From an uncultured Rheinheimera sp. (GTDB lineage Bacteria; Pseudomonadota; Gammaproteobacteria; Enterobacterales; Alteromonadaceae), in the NCBI GenBank assembly GCA_966252055.1, contig CBINNO010000003.1:396-64395 (forward strand): DNA of 64,000 nucleotides, written 5' to 3'. This document shows positions 45,862-56,400 of the stretch, piece by piece; position 1 is the first letter of the stretch, and each line of letters begins with the position of its first letter. Under the pieces are notes generated by a model. It was given only the letters and a program-made list of their open reading frames with translations, was not told the origin of the DNA and did no database searches. A program made the translations under genes and the position numbers.

Positions 45862-46647
45862 ATGCAAAATCGCAGTGCGCTGCAGGTCACCTGGCATGTC
45901 TGGCATGCCGTGTTTATGCGGGAAATCATGGCCCGGGTAACTGCAGACCGGATGGCAACACCATGGCTGATTATCGAGCCGGTGTTACATGTCACGATCA
46001 TGATCGGGATCCGGCATCTGCTTGGCCGCAGCCAGATGATCCCCGGTGCTGACTTTATTGGTTGGTTGCTGCTCGGCATCATGGCCTTTTTTTTGTTTCG
46101 CGACAGCATGACGCGCAGTATGAGCGCTATCAACGCCAATCAGGCGTTGTTTGCTTACCGTCAGGTGCACCCGTTTGACCCGGTTTTTATCCGGGCTTTA
46201 ATCGAATTAATGCTCAGGACAGCCATCATCCTGTTGTTGATCGGGGCACTGAACTTATTTGATCATCCGCTGTGGCCCGTTGACGCATTGCAGGCGTTAG
46301 AGGCATGGCTGGCGCTTTGGTGTCTGGGATTTGGCGCCGGATTGCTGTTCAGTGTGCTGCTCACTGTGTTGCCGGAAAGTGGCAAAGTGGTGCCTTTACT
46401 GATAGTGCCGTTTTATGTGTTATCCGGCGTGATGATCCCGCTGCAATACCTGCCACACAGTTTGCGTGAGGTACTGATCCTGAATCCTATTGTGCATGGG
46501 CTGGAGACCATCCGTCTCGGGTTTTTCTCGACGTATCACCTTCCATACAAAGTGGACCTGACTTATCTGTGGCTGTGGTCATGCAGTGTGTTGTTATTGG
46601 GGTTGATGTTGCATGTGCGTTATAAGCGGAGACTCACGGCGCAATGA
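45862..46647 (+). CDS. kpsM: Capsule ABC transporter permease
   Basis: REIMAR...WLIIEP, SGVMIPL, LILNPIVHGLE; six hydrophobic segments. Confidence 0.92.
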   Translation: MQNRSALQVTWHVWHAVFMREIMARVTADRMATPWLIIEPVLHVTIMIGIRHLLGRSQMIPGADFIGWLLLGIMAFFLFRDSMTRSMSAINANQALFAYRQVHPFDPVFIRALIELMLRTAIILLLIGALNLFDHPLWPVDALQALEAWLALWCLGFGAGLLFSVLLTVLPESGKVVPLLIVPFYVLSGVMIPLQYLPHSLREVLILNPIVHGLETIRLGFFSTYHLPYKVDLTYLWLWSCSVLLLGLMLHVRYKRRLTAQ

Positions 46648-47306
46648 TTGAAATCAGTCAACTCTATAAACGCTATCACGGGCCATTTGGTGGTGACTGG
46701 GTGCTGCGTGATATTAATCTGACCATTCCGGCTGGCGTCAGTGTCGGTCTGGTCGGGCGTAACGGTGCGGGTAAATCGACCTTATTGCGGCTTATCGGCG
46801 GTATGGACACGCCGGACCGCGGGCAGATCCGCCGGCTGGGCAAAGTCTCTTGGCCTATCGGTCTGACCGGTGGTTTTCAAGGCTCAATGACCGGGCGGCA
46901 AAACGTTAAGTTTGTCGCCAGGGTCCATGGTGGAGAGGCCAGACTCGACGACATTATCCGTCAGGTGCAGGCCTTTGCGGAGCTGGGAGATGCCTTTGAC
47001 AAACCTGTGAAAACTTATTCCAGCGGGATGCGCAGCCGGCTGGCCTTCGGGCTGTCGCTGGCCTTTGATTTTGATGTCTATCTGTCCGACGAAGCCACGT
47101 CGGTCGGTGACGCGGCCTTTAAACAAAAAGCCACGGACGCATTCAAGGCAAAGGTTGGCAAGGCCAGCCTGATTATGGTTTCCCACAGTGTCAGCATCCT
47201 CAAAGACCTGTGTCAGGCAGGGATCTGGCTCGATCAGGGCCGGGCGGTCTGGTATGACAGACTGGAAGATGCGATCCGCGATTATCATCAGAGTATCGGA
47301 CAATGA
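46644..47306 (+). CDS. kpsT: Capsule ABC transporter ATPase
   Basis: Walker A GRNGAGKST, signature YSSGM, Walker B YLSDE, VSH. Confidence 0.95.
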   Translation: MIEISQLYKRYHGPFGGDWVLRDINLTIPAGVSVGLVGRNGAGKSTLLRLIGGMDTPDRGQIRRLGKVSWPIGLTGGFQGSMTGRQNVKFVARVHGGEARLDDIIRQVQAFAELGDAFDKPVKTYSSGMRSRLAFGLSLAFDFDVYLSDEATSVGDAAFKQKATDAFKAKVGKASLIMVSHSVSILKDLCQAGIWLDQGRAVWYDRLEDAIRDYHQSIGQ

Positions 47307-48388
47307 AAAAATTACTGAAATCGCAGCCACACTGGTTGCTGGCGGGCGCCGCCCTGTTGTTGGCAGGCTTTTATTGGGGCGTGCTGGCCACTGACCGGTA
47401 TGTGTCTGAAAGCCATATTGTGTTGCAAAGCCCGGAAGTTAATCCGGCAGCATTCAGCGTCAGTTCGTTGTTGTCCGGCAGCAGTGGCTCCGGCGATTTG
47501 CTGTTGCTGCGGGATCATTTGCAGTCTGTCGACATGATAGAAAAACTGCAGCAACGGCTGGCACTGCGTGAGCACTACAGCGCCGACAGTATCGACTGGT
47601 TCTCGAGGCTCGGGGATGTTCAGTTACCGCAGGAAAAGTTTGTCGACTACATGCGAAAACGCATCACCATTGATTACGACGATTACGCGGCGGTGCTGCG
47701 GGTAAAAGTGCAGGCTTATGAGCCTTTGAAAGCGCAGCAAATTGCCCAGGCGTTGCTCGAAGAAGGCGAAGCCCACATGAACAAAATGGGCCAGCGGCTG
47801 GCGGCCGAGCAGGTGGCGTTTATTGAAACGCAAGTCGGTGCGCTGGAAAAACGCCTGTTCGATGCCCGTCAGGCGTTGCTGGACTATCAGAACCAATATG
47901 GCCTGGTGTCCCCGACGGGGTCGGTACAAAGTATTGCCACTATTGTCGCCCAGCTGGAAGGGCAACGGGCAATGCTGGAAGCCCGCCGCAACAGCCTCAG
48001 TCGTTTTCAAAGTAACAATACGCCCGACATGCTGAAACTCAACGCTGAAATTCAGGCGCTGGCGCTGCAGATAGACAATGAGAAACGCAAGATGGCCACC
48101 AAAAGTGGCGATGCGCTGAACAAAGTGTCGGCCGAGTATCAGACGCTGGAACTCAAAGCGGAGTTTGCGCTGAATCTGTACTCCAACTCTCTGCTGGCGC
48201 TGGAAACCACCCGGGTAGAAGCTGCGCGTAAACTGAAGCAGGTGTCGGTTTTGCAGCAGCCCAATCTGCCTGAGTATTCCACGGAACCCAGACGCGGTTA
48301 CAGCTGGTTAGTCTTTAGTTTCTTTACCTTGTTTGTTGCGGCTTTAGCGCATTTAATCCGCGCCATCGTGCTGGAGCACCGTGACTGA
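47303..48388 (+). CDS. kpsE: Capsule export polysaccharide co-polymerase (KpsE/WcbD family)
   Basis: Two terminal TM segments, DRYVSES, coiled-coil periplasmic region, QQPNLPEYSTEPRR. Confidence 0.92.
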   Translation: MKKLLKSQPHWLLAGAALLLAGFYWGVLATDRYVSESHIVLQSPEVNPAAFSVSSLLSGSSGSGDLLLLRDHLQSVDMIEKLQQRLALREHYSADSIDWFSRLGDVQLPQEKFVDYMRKRITIDYDDYAAVLRVKVQAYEPLKAQQIAQALLEEGEAHMNKMGQRLAAEQVAFIETQVGALEKRLFDARQALLDYQNQYGLVSPTGSVQSIATIVAQLEGQRAMLEARRNSLSRFQSNNTPDMLKLNAEIQALALQIDNEKRKMATKSGDALNKVSAEYQTLELKAEFALNLYSNSLLALETTRVEAARKLKQVSVLQQPNLPEYSTEPRRGYSWLVFSFFTLFVAALAHLIRAIVLEHRD

Positions 48389-49655
48389 TTTATCGTCGGG
48401 AACCGTGATAGGGCGACAGCGCGTTTTTCTGTTGCTGCAAAGCGTCTGTTCGCCGTTTTTCCGCCAGTTGGCCGGTGCGCTGGAGCAGGCCGGGCACCAG
48501 GTGATTAAGCTGAATTTTACCGTCGGCGACAGCTGGTATCATGCGCCGAAGCCGGCACTGAGTTTTCGCGGCAGTGCGGCGCAGTTGCCAGCGTTTTTGC
48601 GTGGGCTGTACCGGCAATATGGTGTCACCGATCAGCTGTTATTTGGCGATCAGCGGCCTTTGCATCAACAAGCGCTGCGCGCTGCCCGCCAGGCGTCGGT
48701 GCGCAATTTTGTGTTTGAGGAAGGTTACCTGCGGCCCTATTGGGTGACGCTGGAGCCTGAAGGCGTGAACGCCTGCTCTTTGTTGCCCAAAGAGGCGGAC
48801 TGGTACCGGCGGGCGGCGCAGTTGTTGCCGCCGGCTGTGGCGCCGGCAGAATTTCCGAATCCATTCTGGCTGCGGGCGCTGCACGATGTGCTCTATCACG
48901 CCGGCAGTTTCTGGAATCCGCTGTTTTATCCGCGTTATCGCAGCCACGCCCTGATGTGGGCGCCTAAAGAATATCTCGGTTATCTGTGGCGTCTGCCGGC
49001 GCTGAAGTTACTGGCACGCCTTGAAGCCCCGTTGCTGGACAGGCTGTCGCAGCGCCGTTTTTATCTGCTGCCGCTGCAACTGGATGGCGACGCCCAAATT
49101 CGCCAGCACTCACCTTTTGCCGACATGAAAGCGTTGCTGGCGCAGGTGTTGCCGTCATTTGCCGCTGCCGCGCCGGCTGACAGTCAGCTGCTGATTAAAA
49201 ATCATCCGCTGGATACCGGCTGGGTGCGCTATGGTGTTGAGATCCGCCGGCTGTGTCACGAGCTGGGCCTGCAGGGGCGGGTGCATTATGTACAAACCGG
49301 CGATCTGGCCGCGTTGCTGCCACATTGTGCCGGCGTGGTGACGGTCAACAGCACCGTCGGCTTACAGGCGCTGCAGGCCGGTTGCCCGGTCAAAACGCTG
49401 GGTAAGGCATTGTATGATTTGCCGGGACTGACCTTTCAGCCACCGCTGGCGCAGTTCTGGCAGCAGGGTGAGCCGGCAGAGCGCGCGCTGCTGGCCGATT
49501 TTCTGGCGGTGCTGCGTCATTGCACCCAGCTCAACGGCAGTCTGTATGCAGAGCCCGGCTTGTCGCTGCTGGTGCGCCATGCGGTGGCGCGTTTGTGCGC
49601 GGAGCGCAGTCCTTTGGAGGAATTATGTCAACAACTCAGCCAGCGCCGTTGCTGA
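48381..49655 (+). CDS. kpsS: Capsule biosynthesis Kdo transferase, KpsS/RkpJ/WcbO family
   Basis: FLLLQ...SPFF, VFEEGYLRP, LPLQLDGDAQI, KNHPLD, TVNSTVG. Confidence 0.92.
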   Translation: MTDLSSGTVIGRQRVFLLLQSVCSPFFRQLAGALEQAGHQVIKLNFTVGDSWYHAPKPALSFRGSAAQLPAFLRGLYRQYGVTDQLLFGDQRPLHQQALRAARQASVRNFVFEEGYLRPYWVTLEPEGVNACSLLPKEADWYRRAAQLLPPAVAPAEFPNPFWLRALHDVLYHAGSFWNPLFYPRYRSHALMWAPKEYLGYLWRLPALKLLARLEAPLLDRLSQRRFYLLPLQLDGDAQIRQHSPFADMKALLAQVLPSFAAAAPADSQLLIKNHPLDTGWVRYGVEIRRLCHELGLQGRVHYVQTGDLAALLPHCAGVVTVNSTVGLQALQAGCPVKTLGKALYDLPGLTFQPPLAQFWQQGEPAERALLADFLAVLRHCTQLNGSLYAEPGLSLLVRHAVARLCAERSPLEELCQQLSQRRC

Positions 49656-50419
49656 ACCGGTTGCTGATCACGGGCGCCACCGGCGCTATTGGCCAGGCGT
49701 TGGTGCGTGCTTATGCCACGCCCGGCAGCCATTTTTGTCTGCAGGGCCGCAACAGCGCTGTGCTTGAACAGTTGGCGGCGGAGCTGTCGGCCCTTGGTTG
49801 CAGCGCCGAGCTGGCGGTGGTTGATCTGACGGCACCGGCGGCACTGGCGGACTGGTGTCAGCAACTGAGCACACAGCATTTTGATCTGGTGATCCTCAAT
49901 CATGGCGTCAATATCAATCATGGCGAGGCAGTGGCGGGCGTACAGCCCGGCGAGCAGTGGGCGCAAGTGCAGCAACTGCTGCGGCTTAATGTCGAAGCCA
50001 GCCTGGCGCTGGTGCATGCGGTGTTGCCGTCGATGCGTGAGCGGCGCACGGGTCAGATTGCGCTGATGAGTTCGCTGGCGGCCTGGTATGGTTTGCCGGT
50101 GACCCCGAGCTACAGCGCCAGTAAAGCCGCGCTCAAAGCCTATGGCGAAGGCATGCGTGGCTGGCTGAAACCGCAAGGGGTCAAAGTCAATGTGGTGATG
50201 CCGGGTTATGTCGACTCGGCGATGAGCCGCGCCATGCCGGGCCCCAAACCCTGGTTGTGGACCCCGGAGCGGGCGGCGGCTTATATCCGGCAGGGCCTGT
50301 TGGCGAACAAAGCGCGCATCAGTTTTCCGTTTCCGCTGAATTTAGGCTGTTTTTTATTAGGATTCAGCCGGCCCTGGCTGGCTGAACGGATCTTAGGCTG
50401 GTTGAATTATCGTGGCTGA
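49625..50419 (+). CDS. Short-chain dehydrogenase/reductase (RkpH/WcbP-like), 264 aa
   Basis: ATG 49625 after GGAGG; ITGATGAIG, YSASK; gene context. Confidence 0.9.
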   Translation: MSTTQPAPLLNRLLITGATGAIGQALVRAYATPGSHFCLQGRNSAVLEQLAAELSALGCSAELAVVDLTAPAALADWCQQLSTQHFDLVILNHGVNINHGEAVAGVQPGEQWAQVQQLLRLNVEASLALVHAVLPSMRERRTGQIALMSSLAAWYGLPVTPSYSASKAALKAYGEGMRGWLKPQGVKVNVVMPGYVDSAMSRAMPGPKPWLWTPERAAAYIRQGLLANKARISFPFPLNLGCFLLGFSRPWLAERILGWLNYRG

Positions 50420-51965
50420 TCTGACTTTGGATAGCTGGCTGCCCGCCGCGTTGCTGCTGCAGTTATGGTGGGGTTTTGCCCCGGCGGCACTGGGCTGTAT
50501 TTTACTGGAAGCCTGTTTATTACCGCACGGCCGGCGTTTGTGGCGCCGTCCGCTGGCCATCTGGGCCGGCCATCTGGCGGTGTTGCTGCTGGTCTATGTG
50601 CTGGAGCTGCTGATGTTCCAGCGGCCCTGGTTTGCCGCCAGTCAGCTGTTGTTCTGGCAGGGCCTGATGCTGGTGGTGAACCGGGTTAAGCTGGCCCAGT
50701 TGTACGAGCCTTTTGTTTATCAGGATCTGCACTACTTCATTGATATTTTCCGCCATCCCAGGCTTTATCTGCCGTTTTTCGGGCTGGGCCGGCTGATTGT
50801 ATCGGTGGCGCTGCCTTTTGTGCTGGTGGCGTTTGCCATTCAGCTCGAACCGGCCTTGCAGCATCAATGGCAATGGTCGCAGCTTATCGCCGGCTGGCTG
50901 TTGCTGGTGGTGCTGATGCTGCTGGTTGGTTTGTACAGCTGGCTGCATGTTTCGCCGCTGGTTGGGGTGGATCCGGCGCTTGATCAGGCTGAAATGGGCA
51001 TGCTTGGCGGCTTTATCGCTTATGCCAAAGCAGAGCGGCAGCTGGCCCGGCTGGCAGAACCGCTGCAGGTGAGCCCGTCCGGCCCTCATCAGCCGCATCT
51101 GGTGGTGGTGCAAAGTGAATCCTTTTTTGACGCGCGTAAACTATGGCCGCAAATCAAACCTGAGTGTTATCAGTGGTTTGATGAGTTGCAACAGCAAAGC
51201 CTGTATGCCGGCGAGCTGGCGGTACCGGCGATTGGCGCCAATACGCTGCGCAGTGAGTTTTCGTTTTTGACCGGACTGACCAATCATCAGCAGGGGATCC
51301 ATCGTTTTAACCCGTACCGGCGGCTGGCGCGCCAGCCGGTCAGTACGCTGGCCAGCCGGTTACGGGCGCAGGGTTATCGTACTGTCTGCGTCCATCCGTA
51401 CCCTATCAGTTTTTACCAGCGCGACCGGGTCTATCCGCATTTGGGTTTTGATGAATTTATCGACCGCAAAGCTTTTACACATCAAAGCAATAACCACTAT
51501 GTCGGCGATATCGAAGTAGCGGAAAAAGTGCAGCAGATCCTGGCGCAGGCCAGCGGGCCTGTGTTTGTGTTTGTCATCACCATGGAAAATCACGGCCCGC
51601 TGCATCTGGAAAAAGTAGAAGTCGACGAACCGGCGCATTATTTGTCGGCATTGCCGCCGGCGATGGTGGCCGAGCTGACCGCGTATTTACGCCATATTGC
51701 CAATGCAGGCGAGATGGCGAAACAGCTGTGTCAGACGCTGCAGCAAAGCGACCGGGAAGGGGTGTTGTGCTGGTACGGCGACCATCTGCCAATTCTGCCG
51801 GCGCTGTACAAAGCCTGTGAGTATGACAGCCATCTGACCGATTATCTGATTTGGTCGACCCGGCCGGTCAGCGCACAGCCGCGGCGGCGCGAGCGGCCGG
51901 TCGACCAGCTGGCGAATCTGCTGCTGGAGCTGCAGACCAGCATGTCAGGCGAGCCTGGTCGCTGA
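50412..51965 (+). CDS. LtaS/sulfatase-family membrane protein (RkpI/WcbQ-like)
   Basis: N-terminal TM bundle; VVVQSESFFD, GANTLRSE (catalytic Thr), TMENHGP, YGDHLP. Confidence 0.88.
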   Translation: MADLTLDSWLPAALLLQLWWGFAPAALGCILLEACLLPHGRRLWRRPLAIWAGHLAVLLLVYVLELLMFQRPWFAASQLLFWQGLMLVVNRVKLAQLYEPFVYQDLHYFIDIFRHPRLYLPFFGLGRLIVSVALPFVLVAFAIQLEPALQHQWQWSQLIAGWLLLVVLMLLVGLYSWLHVSPLVGVDPALDQAEMGMLGGFIAYAKAERQLARLAEPLQVSPSGPHQPHLVVVQSESFFDARKLWPQIKPECYQWFDELQQQSLYAGELAVPAIGANTLRSEFSFLTGLTNHQQGIHRFNPYRRLARQPVSTLASRLRAQGYRTVCVHPYPISFYQRDRVYPHLGFDEFIDRKAFTHQSNNHYVGDIEVAEKVQQILAQASGPVFVFVITMENHGPLHLEKVEVDEPAHYLSALPPAMVAELTAYLRHIANAGEMAKQLCQTLQQSDREGVLCWYGDHLPILPALYKACEYDSHLTDYLIWSTRPVSAQPRRRERPVDQLANLLLELQTSMSGEPGR

Positions 51966-52127
51966 GCCGGGGCGCTACGGCCGCCACTATCTGCGGCAGG
52001 GATGTCATTTTTAGCAGGGCTGTCAGCTGCAGCAGCGCGTGTCCTCTGCAGCCGCCGGGCTGTTTGAGGGCCAGGCATGGCCGCTGACAGCAGAACTGCG
52101 GCCGCTGTGCTGGCCGTTTGAGTCCGC

Positions 52128-53450
52128 TCAGGCCTTGCTGGCGTTCACCAGCTGCGCCACCGCATGATCCAGTTCGGTTTCCGTATGACCTTCACAGATA
52201 AAAAACCGCAGACGGGCGGCCTGTTCGGGCACGGCCGGATACAAAATTGGCATCACGCAAAGCCCAAGCTGCTCGAGCGCAGTCGCCAGCCGGGCGGTGC
52301 GGATCGAACTGCCAACAATGGCCGGCACCACAGCAAAACCGCTGGCGTGACCGGTGTTAAAGCCGGCTTGCTGCAGTTTAGTCAGGAAATAGCGGCCATT
52401 GTGCTGTAAACGCTGCACCCTTTGTGGTTCGGCGCGCATCTGCTGCAAGGCGGCCAACGCGGCTGCCGCGACCGGCGGCGGCATGCCAACACTGTACAAA
52501 AAGCCGGGCGCCAGAAATTTCAGATGTTCGACCAGCGCATGGCTGCCGGCAATATAACCGCCGCAGCTGGCCAGGCTTTTACTCAGTGTGCCCATCCAGA
52601 TGTCGACGGCGTCACCGGGCAGGTTAAAATGTTCGCGGATCCCCAGGCCGTGCTCGCCCATCACACCAAAGGAATGGGCCTCATCGACCATCAGCAGCGC
52701 CTGATATTGTTGTTTCAGCGCCACCAGCGCCGGTAAATCCGGGTAGTCGCCGTCCATCGAATAAATGCCTTCCACCACAATCAACACCCGCTCATATTGA
52801 TGGCGATGCGTTTTCAGCAGTTGCTGCAGCTGGGCTAAATCGTTGTGAGCAAATGGCAGCCGGGTCGCGCCGGACAGCTGGCAACCCTGCAGAACGGAGT
52901 TGTGCACCAGTTCGTCGTGCAGAATTAAATCGCGCCGGCCAAACAGATAGCCGATAGTCGTCACGTTGGTGGCATGGCCGCTGACCATCACCACTGCGGC
53001 GTCGACCTGATAAGCGTCAGCCAGCGCCTGTTCCAGCTCGCGGTGAATGGCGCGTTCACCGGCGACCGGCCGGCTGGCCGACACCGAAGTGCCAAAGCGG
53101 CTGATCGCATCAGCCGCCGCCTGATTGACGGCCGGATGACCGGACAGGCCCAGATAGTTGTAACTGGCAAAATTGAGCAGCGGCTGGTCGTCGATGCGGG
53201 TATGGGCGCCGGCCACACCCTGATGCAGTTTAAAAAACGGACTGGGCAGCCCCAGCCGGCTGGCGCCATCCTGGATTATACGCAGCTGCTGATAACCCGG
53301 ATGGCGGGCAAAATCGGTGCTGGCGAGGGCCGCTGAACCTGGTCCGGCCGGTGGCGGCGCCTGTGTCGTCTGGTCCAGCTGGCGACTGAGCGCCTGCTGG
53401 ATCAGTTTGTCTTTTAAGGCGCCGGTCAGCGCTGCCAAAGGCTTTTTCAT
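52128..53450 (-). CDS. PLP-dependent alpha-oxoamine synthase (RkpG/WcbT-like)
   Basis: NFASYNYLGL, DELVHNS, YSMDGD, VDEAHSFG, GTLSKS (PLP lysine); directly downstream of the PKS. Confidence 0.92.
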   Translation of the reverse strand: MKKPLAALTGALKDKLIQQALSRQLDQTTQAPPPAGPGSAALASTDFARHPGYQQLRIIQDGASRLGLPSPFFKLHQGVAGAHTRIDDQPLLNFASYNYLGLSGHPAVNQAAADAISRFGTSVSASRPVAGERAIHRELEQALADAYQVDAAVVMVSGHATNVTTIGYLFGRRDLILHDELVHNSVLQGCQLSGATRLPFAHNDLAQLQQLLKTHRHQYERVLIVVEGIYSMDGDYPDLPALVALKQQYQALLMVDEAHSFGVMGEHGLGIREHFNLPGDAVDIWMGTLSKSLASCGGYIAGSHALVEHLKFLAPGFLYSVGMPPPVAAAALAALQQMRAEPQRVQRLQHNGRYFLTKLQQAGFNTGHASGFAVVPAIVGSSIRTARLATALEQLGLCVMPILYPAVPEQAARLRFFICEGHTETELDHAVAQLVNASKA

Positions 53451-53467
53451 CTGTACAACTTCTATGG

Positions 53468-56400
53468 TTAATCTGAAATCAGCCGGCGCTGCGGTTGCTG
53501 GGCCAGTTGTTGTTGCATTTCGCCGACTTCTGCCGCGTTGATTTGTTCACCATGCGCGCCGGCCATTTGTTTAATTTGGGCGCTCAGTGCATCTTCGGCA
53601 CCGTGTTGCTCGGTGATCAGTGCCAGCAGTTTGGCAGACAGACTGGTCAGCGTCGGTTGTTCCGAGATGGTCAGCACCGGCAGGCGCACGCCAAGCTTCT
53701 GCTCGATGGCGACCACCAGTTCGACGCCCATCAGCGAGTCCAGCCCCAGGTCCTGCAGCGGTGCGGTCGGCGACAGTTTGTCCGGGTTGGCACGTAAAAT
53801 ACCGGCCACCACCTGACGCAGTGTAGCAAGCAGATAGGCTTCGCCGTCGGCAACTGACATGCCTGCCAGCAGCGCGCGCATATCCTGCTGATCGCCGTCT
53901 GCTTCCTGCGGGCCCTGTTGCGACGCCAGCCAGCCAAAACGCTGATCGGCGGCGGCCGGCAGGAATTTACGCAACGCAGCAAAATCCATATCCAGCACTG
54001 CCACTTCCGCCAGGTCGCCATGCAGCGCCTGTGTCAGCGCCTGCATCGCCTGCGCGGTGCTGATGGCCTGGCCACCCATCCGGCTTTGCAGGGCTGCTTT
54101 GATCTCACTGTGGCGGGCAAGGAAACCGGCATCATCAATGGCGCCCCATAACATCGCGGTCGCTGGCAGTCCGGTGGCACGGCGTTGCTGCGCCAGCACT
54201 TCAAGGCCATAGTTGGCTGCCACATAAGCGCCCTGGCCCGGATTGCCGAACAAGGTGGTGGCTGAGGAATACAGCACAAAGAAGTCCAGCGCATCGGTGC
54301 GGGTCTGGGCGTCCAGCAGCCAGCCCCCCTGCAGTTTGGCAGCCAGCACTTTGTGTAAGGTATCCGGGCTCAGATTCTGCAGCAGGCTGTCTTCAATCAC
54401 GGCGGCAGCATGGATAACGCCTGCGATCGGCGCCAGCGTCTGGCGTGCTGTGGCCAGCGCGCTGGCCAGTTGCGTCTCGTCGCTGACATCACAGGCCGGA
54501 CACAGCACCTGCACGCCGGCGGCGGCAAATTCGGCCAGTATCGCGTCGGCATCCGGGCTTTGCGCGCCACGCCGGCTTAATAACAACAAGTGGCGGGCGC
54601 CCATCGCGACCAGTGCTTTGGCACTGGCGAGGCCAAAACCGGCCATGCCGCCGCTGACCACATAACAGCGGTCCGGCTGCAGCTGCAGTGGTTTAGGCTG
54701 GTATTGCACCGGCAGCCGGGGCGGATATTCCACCACGATTTTGCCGATATGGCGGGCCTGCTGCATCTGACGAAACGCCGCTTCAATCTGGCTGGCATCA
54801 AACCGCTGGTACGGCAAAGGCCAGAGTGTGTCGTCGGCAAACAGCTGCATCATCTCGCCGAACAGCCGGGCCGTCAGCGCCGGCCGGCAGGCCATCATCT
54901 GGTCCGCATCGATACCGAAGTAGCTGATGTTATTGCGAAATGGCCGCAGGCCAATTTTGCTGTTCTCGTAAAAATCCCGTTTGCCGAGTTCCAGAAAGCG
55001 GCCAAAAGGCTTCAGAATTTTCAGGTTGCGGTTGACCGCTTCGCCGGCCAGAGAGTTCAGCACGACATCGACCCCTTCGCCGCCTGTCAGCGCCAGCACT
55101 TCGTCGGCGAATTTCAGCGAGCGGGAATCCAGCACATCGGTCACACCCAGCTGATGCAAGAAGGCATGTTTGCCGGCTGCGCCGGCGGTGGCGATGATGC
55201 GGGCACCTTTCCAGCGGGCGATTTGGATCGCCGCGATACCGACGCCGCCGGCGGCGCCGTGAATGAGCACGGTCTCGCCGGCTTCCAGTTGCGCCAGCTG
55301 ATGCAGTGCGTAATACGCGGTAAAGAAAGTACTGGGGATAGTGGCGGCAGCGGCGAAGCTGAGCTGAGCCGGCAGCAAGGCCACGGCGCTGGCGCTGGTC
55401 ACGACACTGGAGGCAAAGCTGGCCGGGCCAAAGCCCAGCACGCGGTCGCCCGGCGCAAAGCCGCTGACACCGGCGCCGACCGTGCGGATGACCCCGGCGA
55501 ATTCCAGTCCGAGCGTCGGGCCGGCAAACCCTTGCTCCAGCGCTTCGTCGGACAACAGACCCAGTGCATACATCACATCGCGGAAATTAAGGCCAGTGGC
55601 CCGCACTTCAACCTGCAATTGGCCGGGGCCTGGCTGTTGTGCGGCACTTTCCCGCCAGTGCAGATGTTTCAGCTGGCCTGGCTGGCTGATGTCGAGCTGG
55701 TAATCGCCGGCAGCCGGTGGCAGCGCCACCGGTTCAATCTGCGGTGTGTGACGCTGACCGGCGCTGTTGTAATGTACTTCGCTGGCCGGGCTGCCGGCCT
55801 GCCATTCCTGCGCCAGCAGCGACAAGAGCGCAGCGCTGGCTGCATCGGCGGCGCTGGAGGCATTCGCGCTGCTGCAGGCGCTGGAGCAATAATCGAGCAG
55901 CCAGACCGGTGCCGGATGTTCGTTGCGTAATGTGCGGCCAAGGCCCCAAAGCGCGACGCTGGCCGGATAGGGAACTGGCTGACTGACGAGGCTGGCGCCT
56001 GGTAACAATAACCAGAGCGGGCAGCTGGCAGCATGCTGACTGGCCCACTGATGTAATTGCAGCAAAGCTTCGCAGGCTGCTGTTGTTTGTTGCAGCGCCG
56101 GGCCTGCTGCTGGCAGCGGCTGCCACAGCAGCTGGGTGCCGGCGGGCCAAGTGGCTGGTTGCAGCTCGCGCAGTTGGGCCACAGACGCCTGCGCCACCAC
56201 TTGCAGCAAGGCGCTATGTTCCGGCACCTGTGCCAGCGCTCTGGCGCCATCCAGCAACACCACCGGGCGAGCCACAGCGGCCAGCTGTGCCGGCGCCGGG
56301 GCCGTGGCGACCAGGATTTGCAGGCCGGCCTCTGGCAGCGTCTGCAATTCGGTGTGCCAGCCGGCCAGTTGTTGTTGCCAGAACGCCGGGTAGAGCAAAG

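Noticed and set aside
51966-52127. Short GGCCGCTG / GTTTGAG repeats in the convergent gap
   Set aside because: Irregular, short and GC-rich; no CRISPR or REP periodicity.
52128-53450. Calling this gene bioF (biotin synthesis)
   Set aside because: No other bio genes are nearby; coupling to the PKS and kps genes fits an RkpG/WcbT-like role.
54590-55930. 446-aa plus-strand ORF inside the PKS
   Set aside because: Antisense shadow of the GC-rich ER/KR region.
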